From NCBI GenBank assembly GCA_036172245.1, contig JAYWIR010000072.1:124001-188000 (forward strand): DNA of 64,000 bases, read 5' to 3'. The notes under the pieces are model-generated. The model saw nothing but the letters and a program-made list of their open reading frames with translations, did no database searches and was not told where the DNA came from. The DNA is from Raillietiella orientalis. Its lineage: Eukaryota. Below, piece by piece: positions 51,282 through 62,850 of this stretch. How positions within the stretch are numbered: position 1 is the first letter of the stretch; the number at the start of each line of letters is the position of its first letter. The translations under genes and the position numbers were made by a program.

Positions 51282-54200
51282 GCGGGCGTGAGTAGTATCT
51301 CGGAGAACGAGATCGGGGCGAAGGGAGGAGTGAGAGTCTGGGATGTACTGGTTGGTGGAGGAAATTGGCCATAAGGGAAGGAGGGATTCTTTTAGCTTAT
51401 CCAGAATGGCATTGTGACGAAGGGTGATTAGTGTCCCTAAATCAGCGGGACAATGGGAAAGGACATGTGCCAAAGTTTCATTGGGGTAGGGACATTTCCT
51501 ACATTGCTCGTTGAAACCAGCTCTCTTACGGTTGCCATTTAAAACTAATTGGTTAAGTCTGGCTCGATGAATGAACCTCCAATCAGCAAACCGTAAGAAA
51601 GCGTCCTCTTCAAGGAAGCTCAATGATGCAGAGTGACATCTGATACATTCAATAGAGCGATCTTGATCGGGTTTCGACAGCAACGATTTAATCTTCTGGT
51701 CTCTGAGAACAGACCGAATAGACTTCGCAATTTGCCTTCTAGCGTTAGAATACAACACTTTGGTATCATCTGAGTCAACACAAGTGAGGCGAAGCACAAT
51801 TTGACTTTCCACGAGGTCCCAGAGGATAGGTAAAGAATTTGCAAGGGAACGACAACGAGACCAGAACGTTTTTGGTTATCCACTCGGCTTGTCAAAGGGA
51901 GGATTGGTGGATCCATTGAGGTAGTCAACAATGAGTTGTAGATCAGGGGGACAATGGCATTTCCTCCGGACTGCATCGGATAAGGTTTGAAAAGCAAGTG
52001 AAGAAATAGCATCATCGGGGCAAGAAATTATTTTAAAAGCAGAGTCAATGAGCATAATTCGGGCTTTTTCCGAAAGAGCCATGACTCCGAGACAACCATC
52101 TCTAATACGCCCATAAAGATATTCGACGGAGGAGCCTTGGGTAAGGGGAAGAATGTTTTGTTTAAGGGAATTGCGTATAATTTTTTCTAATTTGGACCAT
52201 TCGGAGAGTGGCTTGGTACCTAAGCGAAGATCATGGATTAAAGAAGGGAGGAAGAACCTCTTGATTGCATCTAGCTTTTGCCAAGGGGCAAGATATGAAT
52301 TGGCTAGTGCGTGAAATTTATCAATGAACACAGAGAGATCTCCATTATAGAATAGAGGGTCAAACCCAATGGGTTTCTCTAAATATTTGTAAGTCTGGTG
52401 GGATTCAAGGGGAGGAACGACTTCATTAAGAACAAAAATGGGGGAGGGAAGAACTTGAGGGGGAGAAGCAATGTAGTGGAATGAGCCACATTTTCTCGGG
52501 TTAAGAGATAGGCTCCACTGAAGGCATTGATTAGAAAACACCGTCACTGCATCCTGTAGAACATCGAAATTCTCTGATGTAAAGGCAACATCATCAGCGT
52601 ATGCCAAGGGTAGAATTTCAGGGAAAGTACGTACTATTAATTGGATAAGGGGTTCCAGAGCAATATTGAATATTAAGCCACTAAGAGGGCATCCTTGCTG
52701 AACACCAGCTAGAATGGGAATTGGTTCTGACAGCCCGGTCGCTGTGCACATTTTGGTGTACGATTCCGCGTACATGTTCTTCATAATGGAGATGAAGTCT
52801 TCTCCTACACCAAAGTAACGGAGAGCACAAAAGATAAGAGCGTGGGGGACGGAAGAAAAAGCATCTTTTAAATCAAGCCAGCCGATACATAGATTTTTGT
52901 GGTGGACTCTAGCACGCTCTAGAAGTGAAGCTAATAAGAAGTTTTGTTCTAGCACCTCGTCATAAGTTAAGAAACCTTTCTGGTGAGGGCCTAAAATGGA
53001 ATTTTCTAAAATCCATGATCTAAGTCGGCGAGCTAAAATTTTGGAGTACAGTTTGCTCAAGGTACAGCTGATGGCAATGGGACGAAATTGGGAGACATCA
53101 TCGAAGGAGGAGGTACCAAGTTTAGGGATTAGCACAGTTCGGGAAATTTTCCAATTGGAGGGAATCCGTTTGTGTTGCAGGCAAGCGGAAAACAGGGCGG
53201 CCAAACATTTATATGAAGGATCGGATCTTTTCAGGACAGAGTATGGGATTCCATCTTCACCAGGGGTTGTATCATGGGAAAATTTTAAGGCAAAGGCAAC
53301 TTCTTCAGCAGTTATGGGGGAAAGATTAAATGGAGTATGGGATAACATAGGAGGGAGTGACTCAAATATCGAGAGGTTGCAAGGCTTGAGGGAAAATTTC
53401 TCTAGAAAATGTTGAGAAGCCGTCTCAACAGGACCAGAAAAGGAAACAGGGTTGGGTTGAAGAATGGCTCGCACTGCTAATTTTTTATTCCGTCGATACA
53501 TCTTCTGTAGAGTTTTTACGTTTGGAGTAGTTCGAGAGTGGCTTTGCGGTTTGAACAAATAGGGACGAATTTTGAATTTAGCTTGAATGGCGGAAACAGC
53601 TTCAGACAAGGTGTCCAGAGTTATTTGCCAAGAATCATCGGATACTGGGACGGTGTGGGACCATTGAAAAATTGGAGTGAAGGGTTCTAGAACGTATTGA
53701 GGGGAGGGACGAGTTAAGGATCTATGATGAGGAATGCTGTCAAAAGAGGACGGAACGTTCAAAGCGCCTGATGAATGAGATGAATTAGGCTTAGGAGGCA
53801 CAGGTACGGGGATAATTTGAGGCAAGGGAGGAGGAGGAACAGTCGGCACAGGGACAGATAAAACGGAGTCATCAGTGTACAGAACAGAAAAGCGGTTGGA
53901 AGTTGGGACAGGTGTGGGAGCCGAGCGATTTGAGGCACTTCTTAGCTTAGCTTTACCTAGAATTCGTTTATGCCACCGAAGGTGGTTTTGAAGGCCTTTT
54001 AATGAAGCAAACGATGATGAACAATTTTCATGGGAGCATTGGAATCGAGAAGGGGTGGGGTTAACTAGAGGAGGGGATGGCTTTCTATCATTTTTAAAGC
54101 AGGCATGGTGTTGAGTAGGTAAACTAATGATAGAGTCGCATTTTCGGCAAATGAGGTCATGTGAATAGAAGGGGAGTTTATGGTGACTTTTAAGATGTCT

Positions 54201-54337
54201 CTTTAGGGAATTCAGAGTTCTTTTAGGGTCCTCCGTTTTAGTAAACCAACTACAAGAGGGAATGATGCAAGCTAATGCCCTGTTTACCGGGAATTTGACA
54301 TGTAGATGATTATCCTGGGTGAGAATAATATCTGCAT
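51282..54337 (-). mobile_element. RLE retrotransposon subfamily B, long, truncated within the RLE domain
   Basis: Zinc fingers, complete RT, zinc knuckle, LRPDLV then 28S; one frameshift near 51876. Confidence 0.93.
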
Positions 54338-54371
54338 TTTCGAGCACGGGACCAAAAGTCTGCCGGGTCAC
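51876..54371 (-). CDS. Zinc-finger plus reverse transcriptase ORF, 831 aa (first ~12 codons come from the adjacent element)
   Basis: FQCSHENCSSSFASLKGLQNHLRWH, WLDLKDAF, GVQQGCPLSG, LAYADD with no internal stop. Confidence 0.9.
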   Translation of the reverse strand: MTRQTFGPVLENADIILTQDNHLHVKFPVNRALACIIPSCSWFTKTEDPKRTLNSLKRHLKSHHKLPFYSHDLICRKCDSIISLPTQHHACFKNDRKPSPPLVNPTPSRFQCSHENCSSSFASLKGLQNHLRWHKRILGKAKLRSASNRSAPTPVPTSNRFSVLYTDDSVLSVPVPTVPPPPLPQIIPVPVPPKPNSSHSSGALNVPSSFDSIPHHRSLTRPSPQYVLEPFTPIFQWSHTVPVSDDSWQITLDTLSEAVSAIQAKFKIRPYLFKPQSHSRTTPNVKTLQKMYRRNKKLAVRAILQPNPVSFSGPVETASQHFLEKFSLKPCNLSIFESLPPMLSHTPFNLSPITAEEVAFALKFSHDTTPGEDGIPYSVLKRSDPSYKCLAALFSACLQHKRIPSNWKISRTVLIPKLGTSSFDDVSQFRPIAISCTLSKLYSKILARRLRSWILENSILGPHQKGFLTYDEVLEQNFLLASLLERARVHHKNLCIGWLDLKDAFSSVPHALIFCALRYFGVGEDFISIMKNMYAESYTKMCTATGLSEPIPILAGVQQGCPLSGLIFNIALEPLIQLIVRTFPEILPLAYADDVAFTSENFDVLQDAVTVFSNQCLQWSLSLNPRKCGSFHYIASPPQVLPSPIFVLNEVVPPLESHQTYKYLEKPIGFDPLFYNGDLSVFIDKFHALANSYLAPWQKLDAIKRFFLPSLIHDLRLGTKPLSEWSKLEKIIRNSLKQNILPLTQGSSVEYLYGRIRDGCLGVMALSEKARIMLIDSAFKIISCPDDAISSLAFQTLSDAVRRKCHCPPDLQLIVDYLNGSTNPPFDKPSG

Positions 54372-57300
54372 CGGATGGGAGATCTAAAGGGGGAACCGTC
54401 TCCCCACTGAGATATTTTGCAATTAGCTCCGCTGAAGGGTTTTGTCGTGTCTTGCGGCGCACGGTCTCCCTCAGGGAGGACCAGGCCAGCTCACGGATCA
54501 TGGGGTCCGGGCACGAAAGGATGTTGAATGCCGAGTCGGTGGCCATGATTTCGGCCTCTTCGGCAAGTATCATGATCCCAAGGCAGCTCTTACTGACCGG
54601 ACCATATAGGTATTCGGTCGAGGATGCCTGGGTCAGGGGGAGGATTTCCTCCTTTAACGCCTTGCGAATGATTTGGTCGAGCGATTGCCAGAAGGTTTTC
54701 GGCTTCGACCCCATTCGGAGTGCGTGCACGAAGGCTGGGAAAACAAAAGTCTTCAATGCGTCGAGCTGCTGCCACGGCGCGAGTGGACAGTCCAGTACCT
54801 TCGCAACGCTGCCAGTAATGTCCGCTTCAAGCGCATGGCTGTGCATGGCGTCGAAGCCTACGGGCTTTCCAAGATAACTGTGCCTATGTCGTTCAGCACA
54901 GGGATGGGTTCCCCTGTTATGCTGAATTTCCCTCGCCAAAGGGTCTTGGGAGTTCGGGGATCGTAGTGCAGGGAGGAGCACTTCTTGGCATTGATGGTGA
55001 GGCCCAGGCGTGTCGCCATGGAGCCTGCCGCATTCAACGCCGCTTGCAATGTTTGTACGTCCTCAGTTAGGATGAGCAGATCATCCGCATAAGCCAGCAC
55101 CTTGGTTCCCGGGACATGCTGTTTGATTCCTTGGCACAACGGCTCAATCGCAATATCAAACAGCAGTCCGGATAGCGGGCAGCCCTGCTTTACGCCCCTA
55201 CATATATGTATTGGAGGCGAGAGACCGGCAGATGCAACGATCTGCGTGATGTTGTCCGTATACATCTCGCACACGAGTTCGACGAATCGGTCACCGGCTC
55301 CCGCACACTGAAAGGATCACAGGAGCTGTGAATGTGGAATGGAGGCAAATGCGTCTTTTAGGTCTATCCAGGCAGCACAGACGGTTCGATGGTGGCGCTT
55401 GCTATAATCGAGCAAGTGGGCTAGCATGAAGTTATGTTCGAGAACACCATCGAACGGGAGGAAGCCCTTCTGGTGCGGGCCGAGAATGTTATTTTGTATG
55501 ATCCAGTCCCTCACTCGGCGAGCCATGCACTTGGTAAATATTTTACCTAACGTGAGGCTTATGACAATCGGGCGAAACTGAGAAATGTCTTCAGTGTCCT
55601 GATTATTTGCCTTGGGAATGAGTGTAGTCCTGGACTCTTTCCACTCGGCCAGTATGCGCCGATGGTGAAGGCAGAGGTTGAACATGGCACACAAGAATTT
55701 GCAGTCTGGGTCCACTCTGCGGAACGCAGAGTATGGAATCCCATCAGCGCCTGGCGCTGTGTCCTCGCACTGCCTGAGGCAGTTGGCAACCTCGGCTTCC
55801 GTAAAGGGGGAGAGGTCCACTTCCTCATGCTGGGGACTTAAGTTTGCATTCCATGATAGGGGGCGAAAGCCTGGAATTGCACCGAAGAGGGCGGTATAGT
55901 GTTGAATTATTTGATCGGGATCAGCAGTGCACACAGTGGAAGTACCGTCCATGATTTGGCGGATGGCTCGCCTCCTGTTCCTGCCATACAGGCGCTGGAT
56001 GTATTGCGGTGTTATTACACTTTGTCTGCGTTCGGGCCTCGGCACCGTAAAGGGGCGGAGCCGTAGCTGGTGCTGAATCGTTTGGTATGTAAACGATAGC
56101 ACCCTGATCGCATGACCCCAGTGGTCCACCGATGGGGCTCTGTGCAAGAGGTTGTCCAGCGTTTGGGTAGCTCCCTGAAGTGGTGGGCGCAAGTCAGGTC
56201 GCCTGGACACTTGTTGCCGTCGCACTGTTTGGGGGTGGGTTGTTTTTGGAGGTGAATGGCCGGTCCTCATGCCGGGTGAGTCCCTTCCCTCCTGCTCACT
56301 TTCATCCTCGAGCAGTGCAAATCGGGAGCCCGTCGCTCGTGGTGCCAATGCGGTATTCCGTCTCGGTGCCAGACGAGTGGGCTCCCGAGTGGCAGCGCCG
56401 CGTGGTCGAGTACTGACGTTAGAGGCGAGTCTCCTTGGTTGACGTCGACGGTGTTGGACTGTGCACCACCCTTGATCTTGAGGCGGGTCAGGGGGGGGTG
56501 CATCTGGCACCAATGTCGCAACCTCTGGGGATTCCCTAGTGTTTTGTTCGATTGCAGGCGTGCTCCGAGATGGGATCTGTCTGTGCTCTGTAGCAGACAC
56601 TGTACTGCTTGTGCCCCTGCCGACACCAGGGTCCCGTTGACGCTCATGTTCCCGGACGATCGCGTTGTGCCAGCGTACATGGTTCGCCAGTGCCTTTCTA
56701 TTGAAGAAGGTCTGGGCACAGTTTTGCTGTTGGCAGCGGAGAGGAGCCGGGGGTGTGATCGGGGCGAGCCTCGGCCCACAGCGGTGATGCCATACAGGTA
56801 TGGCCAAGCGCTGGTTACAGCGGCGACAGAGGAGGTGGGTGCCACGTACCGGTATCCGATGCGCGGTTTGTATGTGTCGTCTAAGCGACCCCAGCAACCG
56901 CTTGGGTTCCATCCCGGAGGTGGCCCATCTGCATCGCGGTAACGGGCATTCCATGTTCCTGGTCGTTGGATGGAAAACGATGAGAACGTCCTCCATCGTC
57001 AGAATGGGAGCCGTGTTGCTTTGGCTGTCCATCGGTGGAGGCTCAAAACTCACCCTGGGAGCCAGGAGAGCTATTTCTGGAACCGTATCGGCGCGTGTCG
57101 GGCTCTCGTGCGAGCGTAATCTGGCATTCGTCCCACGTGGGCATTGCTGATTATTACGTGGTCGCACGTGTGTTCTCGGACGAGCCGAACATTCTGACCG
57201 CACTCTGTTCATGCCTGATGGGCCTGGTGGCTCATTAGCTGGATTATTGCTGCTCTTTGCGTGGTTTGGCGCATTCTGCCGTAAGCGTTGAAACCGAGGG

Positions 57301-58847
57301 ATGATCGGTCTTGCGGTCTTCGCTTCGATTCGACCGCCCGTATGTACGCAGGGTGTACGGGAGGCGGCGCAGGAGGGAGGCGCGGGAACAAGACACAGGT
57401 TGTCGCCCTCGGTGACAGGTCTTGGATAAGTTCAAGACCAGTTTGTGAGGGGGAGGCAACAGTCAACGTGGAGTGTCCGGACTGTAGCGATTCCTGTTGC
57501 GGGACCATGCTCTCAGAGGAGGTAACACATTGAGGAGGGCGTGCGAAGTAATTGATTTCGGCGCTTGACAGCCTCGTTACCATGACTCTGTGCTGGTATG
57601 CCCGGTCGAGGTCCATCCTGCCTTGTGGATGCACCGATGACGGTGGCTCCAATAGAGGAGGGGGCAACTGGATTGAGTGCTCTGCCACAGTGAGCTCTGT
57701 TGGCACTACAGTGTCCAGGAGTGATGTTGGAGAGTCGGGCGTGCCGATGACTTTGGGGGTTGACCTGGAGGCCGGGCCGGGGGTGTGTAGGCTCCTCTGC
57801 TTGGGAGTACTGCTGCTGCTCGGTCCGGGATGGTTAAACCAGTTCATCTTTAGCCGGGATAGGTCTCTTGAACTCCACGACGAATCGGTTGAATCATCCT
57901 TGTCCCAAGAGTCTGGGAGCCCAATTGTAGTGCCGCAGTCCTCTCGTGCCTCGTTCGCAGCACCCTGTACTCTGTCCATGTTCAAGTGTTTCCACTTGTA
58001 ATGGGCTCTCCTGTGGCCGGGCCTGCCGAAGGATGCATTGCATAACGGGCACTTATATTTCAGTGTTAAAAGCATTTCTGGTAGTGGCACAGGGGGATTG
58101 AGGCATCGGTGCTGCGCTAGCGGTTGCTGCGTGCTCTCATTCTTGTGACATACTACACAGAAAAATCTGACGGCCGAAACATGAGTGCCGTGTATTCGAT
58201 TGAGGTGGGTCTTGAGGTTTCTAACTCGGTTCTTAACATCATTTGCCATGGTGGCAAACCAGCAGTCTGGATGTGGGCATGGCACCGGGAGGTCTGTGCC
58301 ATGGGAAATCCAAAGTTCACGCCCGGTAGAGAGGGTGCAGTGAGACGATGGCATACTTAAAAGATGGCGCCTGACGCTTCGCGTGATCACGTGGGAAGAA
58401 GTCGCAGAGCCAATAGGAGAGCGAGTTCTCCGAGCGGACCAATGGGAGCGCTCGGAAGGGACGCTAAGTTTTCCCGCGCTAAGCGAGGTTACAAAGGATG
58501 TTGAAGATCGATGTGGTCGATCTCTTGGATCAACCACCGTGGTTCAATTCCGCACAAAATCAGTCAAAGAGGACGTGTTGAGGGCCCGGGTGATCGGTTC
58601 GAACTGTCAAACCCTCTTACCTTCCCGGCAAGTGTGCTCTCTGGTCTAGGCCATGGCAGCACGAAGGCGGGAGATGAGAATGTGCACAGCACCCACAAAA
58701 ATTACCACACAGGCACAAAAGTTGGTAAAAAGGTTCACTGTGGGCAGGAGATGCACAGAACGAAAATTCATGAAGGGTCATCCCTGAAAGTTTTTCACAA
58801 TCAAGAGTCAAACTTCATGCCGCGTCGGAGCTCCGCTCAGACACGTC
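54338..58847 (-). mobile_element. RLE retrotransposon subfamily A with intact 5' end, 3'-truncated after the thumb
   Basis: ORFs 57209-58537, 55317-57212, 54858-55274 and 54310-54981 form one frameshifted ZF-RT polyprotein. Confidence 0.93.
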
Positions 58848-59033
58848 CGTCGTGTAAGGAGTGACGCGCATGAATGGATTAAGGAGATTCCCACTGTCCC
58901 TACCTACTATCTAGCGAGACCACAGCCAAGGGAACGGGCTTGGAAAAATCAGCGGGTAAAGAAGACCCTGTTGAGCTTGACTCTAATCTGGCATTGTGAA
59001 GAGACATGAGAGGTGTAGCAGAAGTGGGAGGCG
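58848..59033 (+). rRNA. 28S rRNA fragment downstream of the insertion site
   Basis: GTGACGCGCATGAATGGATTAA...CCACAGCCAAGGGAACGGGCTTGG...GACCCTGTTGAGCTTGACTCTA. Confidence 0.95.
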
Positions 59034-59034
59034 T

Positions 59035-61692
59035 TCCCGCTGGCAATCTCGGTTCGCGGCCGCGGTCCGCTCCCTTGCTCCTGCGGCGCGCCGCTACGTG
59101 TATCGCCTTTCCTCCTCTCTGCCTAACGAGTAATGCCATCGGGCGTGATTCGCGACAGCCTTGCTATTGAAGAAGTGTGTATCGCAGTTCGGTTCTGGGC
59201 AGGGAAGTGGCGCCGGTTCCTCAAATCGCATCGCCCGGGGTCTCCAATTTCCAGGATTCAGATTAACATTGAGAAGTGTTCGACACTTTATTAGGGGGAG
59301 ATGCTTTGGACTCTGTGTTGTTTCCATGGTAACCAGTGTCGGAATTATATATTGAATCTTTTCCATCGCACTGATACATCATGTGTTCCAAATTTCCACT
59401 TTTTGTGTTTTGTAATCAATTGAAAATCAGCAGACTTCAATATTGCACTGTTGCGACTCTTCCTGACGCTTCCATTTGCAGTGAGTGGCAAATTCCCTTC
59501 ATGGAAAGCCGCACAGCATTCCAATTTCCAGGATTCAAATTGACATTGAAAAGTGTTCGACACTTTATTAGGACGGGGTACTTTGGACTCTGTGTTGTTT
59601 CCATGGTAACCACTTTCGGAATTAAATGTTGAATGTTTTCCATCGCAGTGATTCATCATGTGTTCCACACGGGGATCGGCACATTCACGTTGCATCGTCC
59701 ACACACGAGGTGGGAGCTACGTACCGGGATCCAGTGAGCCCCTCTCAGGTGTCCGCGTAGCGATCCTAGAGTAGACTTGGCCTGTTGGGTACTAGTCTGC
59801 CACCTGCAGCGTGGTAATGGGCTAGGCATGTTGGTGCTCGTCGGCAAGCATACCAGGAGAACATCATCCTCAGTCAAGGCCGATGTCACTGCAGTTGCCG
59901 ATTGCTCTATTGTTGACGAGGGAGTAGTGGTTCTCTGGGGGTATACAGACACCGGCGATTCGATCAGCTTCCGAGCGTTTGTGGTCGAAGTTCCACATGT
60001 TTGTGAAGGGCGCATTGCAGGCGCTTGAGTTGGAACACGAGTGGTCGGTCGCCGGTCAGTGCTTCCATCTTCAATCGACCGTCACAAGCCTGAGTCAGCC
60101 GCATCTGTCGCTGCAGACGGGGGATAACCGGGCTTTGTTGGCGGCGTCTCGGTTTTTTCCGTTCGACTGCACGCACATATGCCGGGTGTACAGGCGGGGC
60201 AGGTGGAGAAGAGTGTGGAATCTGCAGTGCAGATTCCACACTCTTCCACGACCTCTTTTGTCGGGGAGACTTGTTCAAGCAACTCGGCTCCAGTTTGAGA
60301 GGGAGATGCAAGGGTGAGTGTAGAGTGACCGGAGAGCCGCGATTCCGGTATCGGAGTTACCATTCTGGGGTCCATATTGCACTGTGGAATGCGGGTGAAG
60401 TATTCATGTTCGGCCTGCGACAGCCTGGTCACCAGTACCCTTGGTTGGAACGCATGCTCGAGGTCCTTTGGGTTCGGGACTGAGACAGGCTGTCCGAGTG
60501 AGGGAGATGGCAGGCGGACGGGTTGTTCTTCCACCGTCGAATTCGACGGTACTTCGGTGTCTAGGATGGAAGATGCAGGGTTCGTTGTCCGGTAGGCTTG
60601 AGTATTCACATTGTTGCTCCTAGGTGTGGTGTGGTTCCCATTCCGACGTGGGGTGCTGTGGTCACCTGGTATGATCTGATTAAACCAATTGTTGTGCAAC
60701 TGTGAAAGGTCTGCTGAGCTGCAAGATGAGTCGGGGAAGTCTGCATCGTACCAGAAGTTGGAATATTCGTTGCCCTCCCCACAGTCCTCAAGGGCTTCAT
60801 TAGAGGCACCGAGAGCACGATCCATATTCAAGTGCTTCCATTTGTGGTGCGCCTTTCGGAGCGAATTGCGTCCGAATGATGCACTGCATTTTGGGCACTT
60901 GTGTTTTAGCGTTAACAACATTTCTGAGATAGCCACAGGGGGATTGTGGCACCGATGCTGAGTAAGCATCTGGTTGCTGTTCTCGTTTTTGTGGCATTTC
61001 ACACATCAAAAGCGAACGCCAGGAATGTGCACTCCGTGAATGCGATTCATGTGTGCTTTCTAGTTCCGCACACGGTTCTTACTGTCTGTCGCCGTAGTGG
61101 CGGATACACAGTCAGGGATCGCACAGGGCACTGGAATGTCCATTCCATGTGAAATCCATAATTCCCGCTCCACGGAGAGCATGCAATACGACGGCGGCAT
61201 CAGTTCAAGATGGCGCGCGACGCTTCACGCTGTCACGTGGGAGGGAGCGAGAGACCCAATGAGCGAGCGGGTTCGCCGAGTCGACCAATGAGATCGCTTG
61301 GTGGGGACGCTAGTTTTTACCGCGCATACCGATGGAAGAAAGGAAGTTCAGGAACCGAGGTGGTCGATCCCTGTGGTCGACCACCGTGGTTCCAAGTTTC
61401 GGAATGGGAATAAGGGCGACGTAGTAAGGACCCGAGCGGTCAGTTCCGTTGATCAATCCCTCTTACCTTCCAGACAAGTGTGCTCTCTGGTCTGAGCCAT
61501 GGCAGCACACAGGCGGGAGACGAATTTGTCCACTGCGACCACAAAATTTTCCACACTTGCACAAAAGTTGGTGGAAAGGTTCACTGTGGGTTGCGGGTTC
61601 GTGAGACGAAGAATCACGGGGCGTCACCCCTGAAAATCTGCACTAGCAGCAGTTGCACACTGATGTGCGCGGGAGCTCCGGCTAGACACGTC
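59035..61692 (-). mobile_element. RLE retrotransposon subfamily A, 5' part only
   Basis: HKCPKCSASFGRNSLRKAHHKWKH, LTEDDVLLVCLP..PLPRC, conserved 5' end. Confidence 0.88.
59244..59667. repeat. Insertion of two ~146-bp direct repeats around a ~130-bp spacer
   Basis: ccaatttccaggattca...catcatgtgttcca at 59244-59389 and 59521-59667. Confidence 0.88.
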
Positions 61693-62714
61693 CGTCATCT
61701 AAGCAGTGCCGCGCATGAATGGATTAACGAGATTCCCACTGTGGGATGAACCAAACGTTGGGTTACGGCGCCCGACGCGACGCTCATCAGATCCCATGAA
61801 AGTTGTTGGTTGCTATGGACAGCAGGACGGTGGCCATGGAAGTCGGAATTTGCTAAGGAGTGTGTAACGACTCACCTGCCGAAGGAACTAGCCCTGAAAA
61901 TGGATGGCGCTCAAGCGTCGAGCCTATACCGAACCGCCGGGACAGAGCCGTTCCTGCCTTCCGGGCCGTTCCGCAGCGGCAGCAGCAGGAGCGTCGGTTC
62001 GCGTCGCGGCCGGAAGGGAATCCGCTTCTCGCTGCAAAGCAAACGAGCTCGGAGACGTCGAACTCGGTACCCCGGGAAGAGTTTTCTTTTCTGCATAAGG
62101 GATTGCCTCGTACCCTGGAATCGACTCGTACGGAGAGAGAGTCGGGCTCCCGAAGGGCGCCGTGGTTCTTGCGGCGTCCGGAAGGCTCCCTTCGCCCCTT
62201 GAAAATCCGAGTGAGGTAGAACGAATCTCGTGCCAGATCGTACCCATATCCGCAGCTGGTCTCCAAGGTGAACAGCCTCTAGACGATAGAATAATGTAGG
62301 TAAGGGAAGTCGGCAAACCAGATCCGTAACTTCGGGAGAAGGATTGGCTCTGAGGGTCGAGCCGGTCGGGCATGGCCGGGAAACGGTAGTGGTTTCCTCG
62401 CCGTGGCCGGGGGCTAACGAAAGATCGGCGTTTCCTCGCTCGGTCGGGGCGCGCGCGTGCCCGCGAGTCCGATCTGTGTACGCTCAGCGGCTGCCTGCGA
62501 CGCTCGCCGGTCGCGCGCGGTCTTTCGTAGCGATACCCGTCTCCCATCCCGGCCTTGCGCGGGATTCCGACCAGCGGAACGGCCTCAGTTGACGCTCCTG
62601 TCGGCCGTCGCCCGCCGCCGCGCGCCGTTTTCTTTTCGGCGCGCGGCCGGGCGCTCTGGTCCCGGAGCGTTTCGGCCGGCATGCAGCGATCGACTCAGAA
62701 CTGGCACGGACAAA

Positions 62715-62746
<32 letters not shown>

Positions 62747-62774
62747 CGCGATGGCCGTTGCCGGTGTTGACGCG

Positions 62775-62806
<32 letters not shown>

Positions 62807-62850
62807 AGTGGAGAGATTCAACCAAGCTCGAGTAAACGGCGGGAGTAACT
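61693..62850 (+). rRNA. Permuted 28S rRNA fragment: ~50 nt downstream of the target fused to ~1.1 kb upstream of it
   Basis: cgtcatctaa...gattcccactgt|gggatgaaccaaacg...GGACGGTGGCCATGGAAGTCGG...GTAAACGGCGGGAGTAACT. Confidence 0.95.

Noticed and set aside
57209..57212. ATGA stop/start overlap suggesting a two-ORF element with coupled translation
   Set aside because: A frameshift near 57315 explains it: the third frame (RPIIPRFQR...) runs into the downstream ORF, and the homologous region at 9613-10239 is one continuous frame.
61741..62850. Functional rDNA unit
   Set aside because: Only partial, permuted 28S; no 18S, 5.8S or 28S ends in the window.
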